From Anaerolineae bacterium (GTDB lineage: Bacteria > Chloroflexota > Anaerolineae > Epilineales > JAHCIE01), in the NCBI GenBank assembly GCA_046328535.1, contig JAXLWJ010000023.1, forward strand, positions 9,186 to 73,185: a stretch of DNA of 64,000 bases, read 5' to 3'. The notes beneath the pieces are model-generated. The model saw only the letters and a program-made list of their open reading frames with translations. It had not been told where the DNA came from and searched no databases. Position numbers and translations under genes: made by a program. Of this stretch, positions 18,285 through 25,653 are shown piece by piece; position 1 is the stretch's first letter; every line of letters begins with the position of its first letter.

Positions 18285-18344
18285 CGCACAGGAAAGACAT
18301 TTGTGTTCTCTCTTCCTTTGCGCCTCTGCGCCTTTGCGTTTCAA
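18285..18344 (+). repeat. family-D repeat, copy D2
   Basis: cgcacaggaaagacatttgtgttctctcttcctttgcgcctctgcgcctttgcgtttcaa. The last ~40 nt are identical to D1. Confidence 0.85.
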
Positions 18345-18377
18345 ACTCTCTTTCCCAGCCTGATTGGAGGGCGGCGC

Positions 18378-19604
18378 GTGGGTAGCCGTCGGGCGCGGCC
18401 GCGCATCGCCTTCGTCGTGCAGCGCTATGGGCTGGACGTCAACGGCGGCGCCGAGCAGCACTGCCGCGCTGTCGCCGAGCGCCTGACGCGCTGGGTGGAC
18501 GTGGACGTGCTGACGACGTGCGCCCGGGACTACTCGCGCTGGCCGAACTACTACCCGCCCGGCGTGACGCAGATCAACGGCGTGACGGTTCACCGCTTTC
18601 CGACGCAGCCGGTCGGCCGCGACACCCACGCCCTGCTCCAGCGAGCGGGACTGCTCGCCCACGGGCTACTGGCGGAGCTGGAGTGGAACATCGAGGTCGG
18701 CCCCTTCGCTCCTGCCCTGTTCGACGCGATTGCGCGCGGCCGCGAGACCTACGACGCCTTCATCTTCTTCACCTACCTCTACGCGCCCACGGTCCTCGGC
18801 CTGCACCTCGCGCCGGAGCGCGCCATCCTGGTGCCGACAGCCCATGATGAGCCGCCCATCTACCTCAACCTCTACCGCAGCGTGTTCTTCCTGCCCCGCG
18901 TCATCCTGTACAACACCGATGCCGAGCGCGATCTGGTGCAGCGGCTCTTCGGAAACACCGATGTGCCGGGGCTGGTCACCGGCGTCGGCATTGACCCCGC
19001 CCCCGGCGACGCCGCCCGCTTCCGCGCGAAACACGGCATCGCCGGCGACATCCTGCTGTACGTGGGCCGCATTGACAGGCACAAAGGCGTGGATGAGCTG
19101 CTGGACTTCTTCGAGCGTTACCAGGCGCAGCGCCGCGCCCCCGTCACCCTCGTCCTCGTCGGTCGGGCCATCATGCCCGTGCCGAAACGCCCGGACGTCG
19201 TCGCCCTGGGCTTCCTGTCGGATGAGGAGAAGGCGGATGCCCTGGCGGCGGCGACCGTGTTCGTCATGCCGTCGCGCTTCGAGAGCCTGTCCATGGTGAC
19301 GCTCGAAGCGTGGCAGGCGGGCGCAGCGGTGCTGGCGAACGGGGCGTGCGAGGTGGTCAAGGGACTGTGTCTGGCGTCCAACGGCGGCCTGTTCTACGAG
19401 ACGAGCGAGGAGTTCGCTGTCTGCCTGGAGCGCCTGCTGCGAGATGCGCCGCTGCGGGCGGCGCTCGGCGCGCAGGGCTGCCGTTACGTCGCGGCCAACT
19501 ACCGCTGGGACGTGGTGGACGCCAAGTACCTGACCGCCCTGGAACACGTCGGCGTGGACCTCGATATCGCCGCCGCGCCCCTGCCGCCTGCTGAGAGCGC
19601 GTAG
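18378..19604 (+). CDS. GT4/GT1-like glycosyltransferase
   Basis: ORF 18303..19604 trimmed to the GTG at 18378, because the upstream part is repeat D2. Reads RIAFVVQRYGLDVNGGAEQH... and ...FVMPSRFESLSMVTLEAWQAGAAVL... Confidence 0.75.
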   Translation: MGSRRARPRIAFVVQRYGLDVNGGAEQHCRAVAERLTRWVDVDVLTTCARDYSRWPNYYPPGVTQINGVTVHRFPTQPVGRDTHALLQRAGLLAHGLLAELEWNIEVGPFAPALFDAIARGRETYDAFIFFTYLYAPTVLGLHLAPERAILVPTAHDEPPIYLNLYRSVFFLPRVILYNTDAERDLVQRLFGNTDVPGLVTGVGIDPAPGDAARFRAKHGIAGDILLYVGRIDRHKGVDELLDFFERYQAQRRAPVTLVLVGRAIMPVPKRPDVVALGFLSDEEKADALAAATVFVMPSRFESLSMVTLEAWQAGAAVLANGACEVVKGLCLASNGGLFYETSEEFAVCLERLLRDAPLRAALGAQGCRYVAANYRWDVVDAKYLTALEHVGVDLDIAAAPLPPAESA

Positions 19605-19609
19605 CCGCC

Positions 19610-22438
19610 ATGTGGACCCCGTCGCCCGCGTGGCTGATTCTCTTCCTGCCGCTGCTCATGGCGCTGCCCGGCGCGGCGGCGCTGCTGTGCCTGCCGGAGC
19701 CGTCCGACGAGCGCGCCCGCGCCAGCGGCGTGGTCGAGGGCGTGTGGCGCGCGGTCATCGCCGGGACGGTCGTCACCGGCGTCGTCGCGCTCTTGCTGGC
19801 CGACCTGGGCGTCTACCGCCTGGGCCTGACCCTGCTCCTGGTCCTCGGCGGGAGCCTGGCCGCGTGGCTGCTGACCGGGCGGCGGCGGCCGCGCCTCCCG
19901 CGCCCCACGCGCCGCGACATCCTCCCCCTGGCGCTGTTCCTCGTCGCCCTCGTCTTCTTCGGCCGCCCCCACGAGACGATTCTGGGCGCGGCCGCCCCCG
20001 GCTCCTACATCGCGGCCGGGGCGCAGATTGCCCGTCACGGCAGCCTGGCCCTACGCGAGCCGCTGCTGGCCGACATGGCGGCGGAGGACCGCGCCATGTT
20101 CGTGCGCGATGTGCCGGAGACGCCGGGCATGCCGCTGCGCTTTCCCGACTTTTATCTCGTGGACGCGGCGCGCGGCGTCAGCGTCCCGCAGGTCTTCCCG
20201 CTGTACCCGGTCTGGCTCGCCATCGCCTACAACGTGGGCGGGGTCTGGGGCAGCCTGTGGCTGCTGCCGCTGTGGGGGGCGCTCGGCGTGCTGGGCGTCT
20301 ACTTCGCCGGGCGGTGGGCCTTCGGCGAGGTGGCCGCCGCGCTAGGGGCGCTCGCCCTGACCCTGCTGTCGCCCCAGGTGTGGTTCAGCCGCTACACCAC
20401 GTCTGAGGCGCTGACCCAGGCGCTCTTGTGGGCGGGCGTCTACGCCTTCAGCGTCTACGTCGGCGCCGGCCGGCCGAAACGCCTCGGCCTGCTGGCGGCG
20501 CTGGCCCTGGGCGGCGTGCTCCTGACGCGCATTGACACGCCGTTCATCCTGGCGCTGCCCCTCGGTCTCGCCGCGTGGCTCCTGGTGCGGCCGCGCCGTC
20601 CAAGAGGAATGGAACGCAAAGGCGCAGAGACGCAAAGGGAAGAAACGACCTCAGAAACCCGTAGCGCCGACTTCAGTCGGCTCCCACGACGCTTCCGTGG
20701 GACAGGCGCATTCTTCGCGCCGAACGTAGAGACGCGCCATGGCGCGTCTCTACCGCGCGCGTCTCTACCGCAACGCTTTCGGGGGACAGGCGCGTTCTTC
20801 GGGCCGATGATGGCGTTGGCCCTGTTTGCCGGCGTCCACGCGCTCCTGTTCGCCGGCCCCTACATCCGCGCGACCACCGTCGCCCTGCCGGCCGTCGTGC
20901 GCCTGGCCGCGCTGGCGCTCGTCGGGTTGGCGGCGCTGGGCGTGGTCGGGCTGGCGCTGTGGTGGGCGCAGCGGCGCGGCCTGTTCCAGCGGGGCGGCGC
21001 GGCGGCGTGGCGCGGAGCGGCGGCGCTGGGGATCGTTGGCCTGGCGGCGTGGGCCTATTGGATCCGCCCGCTGACCGGCGAGCCGCTGACGTGGAGCAAC
21101 TGGTATTCCGGGACGGTGACGGCGTACCCCCATCTCAGCCTGGTGCAGCTCGGCTGGTATCTGTCGCCCCTCGGCGTGGCCCTGGCGGCGGGCGGCGCGG
21201 CGTGGGCCGTCTACCGTGGGCCGCTGCGGCGGGCGTGGCTCGTCCTGGCGGTGGGCCTGTTCTTCGCGGTGCTCTACCTGTGGAACCCGCTCAACAGCCC
21301 GCGTCACATCTACATGGTGCGCCGCTACATCCCGGCGGTGTTCCCCGCCTTCGCCCTCTATGCCGGCTATGCGATTGCGGCGCTGCTCCCTCCCCCCTTC
21401 TGGCCGTTGCCCCGCCGCTCCTCCGCCGCCGAAGAATCACTCCGATGGGCAACGGCCAAAACCCCGACCCCCTCTCCCACACGGGGCGAGGGGGAGGAGA
21501 ACGAGGCCCGCGCCTCCGCCCCCCTCGCCCATTTTGGGAGAGGGGCAGGGGTGAGGGCGTGGGGGCGGGTGTTGCGCGGGGGGCTGGCGGTTGCGCTCTA
21601 CGTCGCCTTCATCGTGGGGATGCTGCCGGAGACCCTGAGCGTTTCGGCGTGGAGCGAGATGGCCGGCGCGGATGCCCAGGTGGCGAAGATTGCGGACGGG
21701 ATCGCCCCCGACGGCATCGTCCTCTTCGCCGCCGCTGACCCGATGGGCGTCGCCGCGCAGATCGCCATGCCCCTCCAGTTCATCCACGGCCGCGACTCGC
21801 TCCTGCTGCTCGGCGACGCGGACCCGGAGCGCCTGGGGCGGCTCATTCGGGGTTGGGCGGCGGCCGGGCGCCCGGTGTACGTCGTCGCCGACGATTCGGT
21901 GACGGGCTTCGCGCCGGCGGGCGTCGCGTTCAGCCCGGTCGTATCGGCGCAGCTGGAGCTGCCGACGCTGGAAGCGCCGTTCGACCGCCCGCCGACCCAG
22001 TGGCTTACCTACCGTAGCGCGGTGGACGTGTATCAGGCGGCCGACAGGCCCACATCGGCCGAGGTGACGCTAGGGCGGGGGGACACGCTGAGTCTGGGCG
22101 GCGGCTGGTACGTGCGCGAGGGCGGCGAGGGCGCAACCTTCCGTTGGACGAACGGCGACGCCACGCTGCGTCTGCCACGGCCCGCCAACGGCCAGACCCT
22201 CGTCCTGCGTCTGGCCGCGCCGGGCGCGAGCCAGACGGGGGTGGATGTGAGCGTGAACGGCGTGAGCGCGGGGCGGATCGAGGCGACGCCGGGTCTGGCC
22301 GAGTACCGCCTGCCCCTGCCGGCCGACCTCCCCGCGTCGGACGTGGCCGTGGTGCGCCTGACCAGCCCGACCTTCACGCCGGGCGGCGGGGACACGCGGC
22401 GGCTTGGCGTGGCGGTGAGCCGCGTCGCCATCGAGTGA
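19610..22438 (+). CDS. GT-C-like polytopic membrane glycosyltransferase (ArnT/PMT-like) with C-terminal beta-sandwich domain and in-frame repeat insertions
   Basis: 942-aa ORF with many hydrophobic helices and an extracytoplasmic C-terminal domain (...GGGWYVREGGEGATFRWTNGDATLRL...). Segments at about 20593-20808 and 21468-21557 are nucleotide repeats also found in intergenic DNA. Confidence 0.7.
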   Translation: MWTPSPAWLILFLPLLMALPGAAALLCLPEPSDERARASGVVEGVWRAVIAGTVVTGVVALLLADLGVYRLGLTLLLVLGGSLAAWLLTGRRRPRLPRPTRRDILPLALFLVALVFFGRPHETILGAAAPGSYIAAGAQIARHGSLALREPLLADMAAEDRAMFVRDVPETPGMPLRFPDFYLVDAARGVSVPQVFPLYPVWLAIAYNVGGVWGSLWLLPLWGALGVLGVYFAGRWAFGEVAAALGALALTLLSPQVWFSRYTTSEALTQALLWAGVYAFSVYVGAGRPKRLGLLAALALGGVLLTRIDTPFILALPLGLAAWLLVRPRRPRGMERKGAETQREETTSETRSADFSRLPRRFRGTGAFFAPNVETRHGASLPRASLPQRFRGTGAFFGPMMALALFAGVHALLFAGPYIRATTVALPAVVRLAALALVGLAALGVVGLALWWAQRRGLFQRGGAAAWRGAAALGIVGLAAWAYWIRPLTGEPLTWSNWYSGTVTAYPHLSLVQLGWYLSPLGVALAAGGAAWAVYRGPLRRAWLVLAVGLFFAVLYLWNPLNSPRHIYMVRRYIPAVFPAFALYAGYAIAALLPPPFWPLPRRSSAAEESLRWATAKTPTPSPTRGEGEENEARASAPLAHFGRGAGVRAWGRVLRGGLAVALYVAFIVGMLPETLSVSAWSEMAGADAQVAKIADGIAPDGIVLFAAADPMGVAAQIAMPLQFIHGRDSLLLLGDADPERLGRLIRGWAAAGRPVYVVADDSVTGFAPAGVAFSPVVSAQLELPTLEAPFDRPPTQWLTYRSAVDVYQAADRPTSAEVTLGRGDTLSLGGGWYVREGGEGATFRWTNGDATLRLPRPANGQTLVLRLAAPGASQTGVDVSVNGVSAGRIEATPGLAEYRLPLPADLPASDVAVVRLTSPTFTPGGGDTRRLGVAVSRVAIE
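20593..20808 (+). repeat. mosaic of repeat modules (D-reverse, C hairpin, flanked 28-nt palindrome E) in frame inside the GT-C gene
   Basis: 20606-20647 (ggaacgcaaaggcgcagagacgcaaaggga) is the reverse complement of family D. 20661-20682 (gtagcgccgacttcagtcggc) is also found at 43134-43156. 20726-20753 is the perfect palindrome gtagagacgcgccatggcgcgtctctac. That palindrome is flanked by direct repeats acgctt.cg.gggacaggcgc.ttcttcg.gcc at about 20689 and 20773. Confidence 0.8.
21468..21557. repeat. composite family-A element in frame inside the GT-C gene
   Basis: 21468-21494 reads cccctctcccacacggggcgagggg and 21519-21557 reads cccctcgcccattttgggagaggggcaggggtgaggg. Confidence 0.8.
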
Positions 22439-22443
22439 CCCCG

Positions 22444-23757
22444 ATGCGTATCCTCCACGTGGCGCACCAGTACCCGCCCAATCGGCGCGGCGGCGTCGAG
22501 GTCTACACCCAGGCGCTGGCGCGGCGGCAGGCAGCGCAGGGGCATACGGTGGGCGTCGTCCACGGCTGGGCGGACGCCGTCAACGCGCCGCCGCTGGTCC
22601 CGCAGATGGACGAGGCGGGCGTGACGGTGTGGGCGGCCCAGGCCCACGCGCCGCGCCATCCCCTGGACCTGTTCCTGCGCTCGTTCGACAACCGCCCGAT
22701 GGAGCGCGCCTTCGCCGACCTGCTGGCGGACTTCCGGCCCGATGTCGTCCACGTCCAGCATCTCAAGGGCCTCTCGGCGCGGCTCATTGGCGTCGCCCGT
22801 AGCGCGGGTGTCCCCGTGCTGTGGACGCTGCACGACTGGTGGGCGTTCTGCGGCAACGCCCAGCTCGTCCGCCACACCGGCGCGCTCTGCGGCGGGCCGG
22901 TGTTGTGGCTCAACTGCGCCGACTGCGCCGCGCACCACGGCGGCGTCACCCGCAGCGCGGCGCAGGAGGCCCTGGCCCTCGCCGGCATGCCCGCCGTCGC
23001 CGGTCTGTTCGCCTACCGCGCGCGCCTCCTCGACGCAGCGCTGGCGGAGACCGACGTCCTTATCGCGCCCACCGCTTTCGTGCGCGACCGCTTCGCGCAG
23101 CAGGGCCTCGACACGGGTCGCTTCGTTGTCGTGGAGCATGGCATCCATTACCCGGCGTGGGTCACCGAACTGCCCCGGGCCGACTCACCCGGCGGGCGGC
23201 TGCGCGTGGGCTACACCGGCGCGCTGGCGTGGCAGAAGGGCGTGGATGTGCTGGTCGCGGCGTTCAATCGCCTGCCCGCCGACGCCGCCGAACTGCGCGT
23301 CTACGGCGACCCGCGCCCCTTCCCAGACTATGCGCGCCGCCTCACGGCTATGGCGCAGCACCCGCGCATCCAGTTCCGCGGCCCCTATGCGCCCGCCGAG
23401 CGGTGGGCCATCCTGCGGGATTTGGACGTGGTCGTTGTGCCTTCGGTGTGGCCGGAGACATCGTCGCTGGTGGCGCAGGAGGCGTTCGCCGCCCGGCGGC
23501 CGGTGATCGCCAGCCGCGTCGGGGCGCTGCGGGACCGGGTGCAGGACGGCGTGAACGGCTATCTCGTCCCGCCGGGCGATGTGGACGCCCTGGCCGATGT
23601 CCTGGCGCGGCTCGCCGCCGATCCGGCATTGCTGGCGCGGCTCCAGGCGGGCGTCACGCCCCCGCGCAGCCTGGACGACCACGCGCGCGAGGTGGAGAAG
23701 TTGTATATGGCCGCGTCACCGCGACGGCCCGCGGTTATTTTCAGGGTAAGGGGGTGA
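22444..23757 (+). CDS. GT4-family glycosyltransferase
   Basis: ORF 22144..23757 trimmed to the ATG at 22444 (MRILHVAHQYPPNRRGGVEVYT...). Contains ...VVPSVWPETSSLVAQEAFAARRPVIAS... Confidence 0.85.
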   Translation: MRILHVAHQYPPNRRGGVEVYTQALARRQAAQGHTVGVVHGWADAVNAPPLVPQMDEAGVTVWAAQAHAPRHPLDLFLRSFDNRPMERAFADLLADFRPDVVHVQHLKGLSARLIGVARSAGVPVLWTLHDWWAFCGNAQLVRHTGALCGGPVLWLNCADCAAHHGGVTRSAAQEALALAGMPAVAGLFAYRARLLDAALAETDVLIAPTAFVRDRFAQQGLDTGRFVVVEHGIHYPAWVTELPRADSPGGRLRVGYTGALAWQKGVDVLVAAFNRLPADAAELRVYGDPRPFPDYARRLTAMAQHPRIQFRGPYAPAERWAILRDLDVVVVPSVWPETSSLVAQEAFAARRPVIASRVGALRDRVQDGVNGYLVPPGDVDALADVLARLAADPALLARLQAGVTPPRSLDDHAREVEKLYMAASPRRPAVIFRVRG

Positions 23758-23806
23758 GGGTCGCTGCCTTTTGACAGTCGCTCCCTTTCCGGCTATACCT
23801 GACGCC

Positions 23807-24868
23807 ATGCGACTGATTATCCAGATTCCGGCGGTGAACGAAGCCGAGAGCCTGCCCGGCGTCCTCGCTGCGCTGCCGCGCCGCATCCCCGGCATTGACG
23901 AAGTGCGCGTGCTCGTCGTGGACGACGGCTCCACCGACGGCACCGCCGATGTCGCCTACGCCGCCGGGGCGGACTGGGTCGTGCGCCACAGGGGCAACAA
24001 GGGGCTGGCGGCGGCGTTCCAGACCGGACTGGACGCGGCGCTGCGGCTCGGCGCGGACATCATCGTGAACACCGACGCTGACGGGCAGTACTTCGGCGGC
24101 GACATCCCGGCCCTGATCGCGCCCATTCTGCGCGACCAGGCCGACATGGTCATCGGCGACCGGCAGACGCAGACCCTCGTCCACTTCTCGCCGCTGAAGC
24201 GTCTGCTACAACGCTTCGGGAGCTGGGTGGTCAAGAAAGCGTCAGGGGCCGACATTCCGGACGCGGTCAGCGGGTTCCGCGCCTACTCCCGCGAGGCGGC
24301 GCTGCGGCTCTACGTCGGCAGCCCGTTCTCGTACACCGTCGAGACGCTGATCCAGGCGCGTCGCCGCCGCCTGACCGTCACCCACGTCCCGGTGTCCGTC
24401 AACCCCGACACGCGACCCTCGCGGCTGCATCGCGGCAACTGGAACTTCGTGAAGCGCCAGGCCGGCACCATCGTGCGCACCTACGCCACCTACGAGCCGC
24501 TGAAGACCTTCTTCTACCTGGCCCTGCCCTTCCTGCTCGTCGGCGTCGTCCTCCTGGCGCGCATCGCTGCGCTGTGGCTGCAAGGCGAGATGGAGCGCGG
24601 CAGCCACACCCAGTCCCTCGTCGCCGGTGCGACGGCCCTGATGCTGGGCGGGGTCATCTTCCTGTTCGGCATTCTGGCCGACCGCGTGGGCGACAACCGC
24701 CGGCTGATGGAAGAGCTGCTGTACCGCATGCGGGCGCAGGATGTCGGGGTGGGGCTGGGGCCGACCGAGCTAGCGCCGCGCCCCGCCGCGCCGGTTGTTG
24801 CAGCGCCGCCGGAAAATTCCCCCAAATCCACCGTATCCCCAACGCCAATTGGGCGTCTAACAGAGTGA
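23807..24868 (+). CDS. polyprenyl-phosphate glycosyltransferase (GT2; Dpm1/GtrB/ArnC-like) with C-terminal TM helices
   Basis: ORF from the TTG at 23771 trimmed to the ATG at 23807 (MRLIIQIPAVNE...). Motifs VVDDGSTDGT and NTDADGQY (DxD). Two C-terminal hydrophobic helices and a Pro-rich tail. Confidence 0.8.
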   Translation: MRLIIQIPAVNEAESLPGVLAALPRRIPGIDEVRVLVVDDGSTDGTADVAYAAGADWVVRHRGNKGLAAAFQTGLDAALRLGADIIVNTDADGQYFGGDIPALIAPILRDQADMVIGDRQTQTLVHFSPLKRLLQRFGSWVVKKASGADIPDAVSGFRAYSREAALRLYVGSPFSYTVETLIQARRRRLTVTHVPVSVNPDTRPSRLHRGNWNFVKRQAGTIVRTYATYEPLKTFFYLALPFLLVGVVLLARIAALWLQGEMERGSHTQSLVAGATALMLGGVIFLFGILADRVGDNRRLMEELLYRMRAQDVGVGLGPTELAPRPAAPVVAAPPENSPKSTVSPTPIGRLTE

Positions 24869-25071
24869 AATCGCTCGCAGCTTGACCAACCCCCCTTAAC
24901 TGACTAGGATTCCGCGCCGGGGGAGGCTCGAGCAGTATACGGGATTGCTTCCGAAGCTGCGCGACACGCCAGGTTTGGCATCCCGCCGTGCTCGGGCATG
25001 TACACTTATGGTGACATGCCCTAGACTTTTTTATACTGCCCGTATCTGTTGGCCCTGATTTCCGTTAGAAA

Positions 25072-25638
25072 ATGCGAAAGAGGTACGCTGTGCAGGACGA
25101 ACGCGACCTTATAGAGCGAGCGCAAGCGTATGAAGCGTCTGCCTTCGCCGAAATCTATGAGCGCTTCTACCAGGGCATCTTCAACTACGTCTTCTACCGC
25201 GTCACGGAAGAAGCTCTGGCAGAGGATATAACCGCCGAGGTTTTCGTCAAGGCGCTCGAGGCGATTGACGGCTACGAGTTTCGGGGTGTCCCGTTCTCGG
25301 CCTGGCTCTATCGGATTGCGAACAACATGGTGACCGACCACTTCCGTCGGAAGCCACGCTCCACCTACGTGCCTCTCGAAGAGGCCCAGATTGCGACCGA
25401 GGATGTCCCACACGCCCTGACGGAGCGTGGGTTCACCCAGCAGGAGCTTCAGAAGGCGCTGGCCGTATTGACCGATGAGCAGCAGCAGGTGGTCATTCTG
25501 AAGTTCGTGGATGGGATGTCCAATGTTGAGGTGGCACAAATCTTGGGGAAGACGGAGGGTGCGATTAAATCGCTGCAACACCGCGCTCTTGCCTCCCTGG
25601 GCCGCGTCCTGGAGGCTTTCGTCAGCGACGGATATTAG
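25072..25638 (+). CDS. ECF-type RNA polymerase sigma factor
   Basis: 188-aa ORF. Region 2 reads ...FSAWLYRIANNMVTDHFRR. Region 4 reads ...QQQVVILKFVDGMSNVEVAQILGKTEGAIKSLQHRALASL. Visibly less GC-rich than its neighbours. Confidence 0.9.
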   Translation: MRKRYAVQDERDLIERAQAYEASAFAEIYERFYQGIFNYVFYRVTEEALAEDITAEVFVKALEAIDGYEFRGVPFSAWLYRIANNMVTDHFRRKPRSTYVPLEEAQIATEDVPHALTERGFTQQELQKALAVLTDEQQQVVILKFVDGMSNVEVAQILGKTEGAIKSLQHRALASLGRVLEAFVSDGY

Positions 25639-25653
25639 GAACGATGGTTTACG

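Noticed and set aside
20593-20808. The insert in the GT-C gene, considered as an intein, an IS element or a gene-splitting insertion.
   Set aside because: It has no intein splicing motifs, no transposase ORF and no terminal inverted repeats of IS size. The frame is uninterrupted, and the modules match the short interspersed repeats seen elsewhere in the window.
24981-25071. A possible promoter for the ECF sigma gene (GTGACA ... TATACT).
   Set aside because: The spacer is about 15 nt by my count. I also could not find an ECF-type GGAAC/CGTT autoregulatory motif, so the evidence is too weak to list as a feature.
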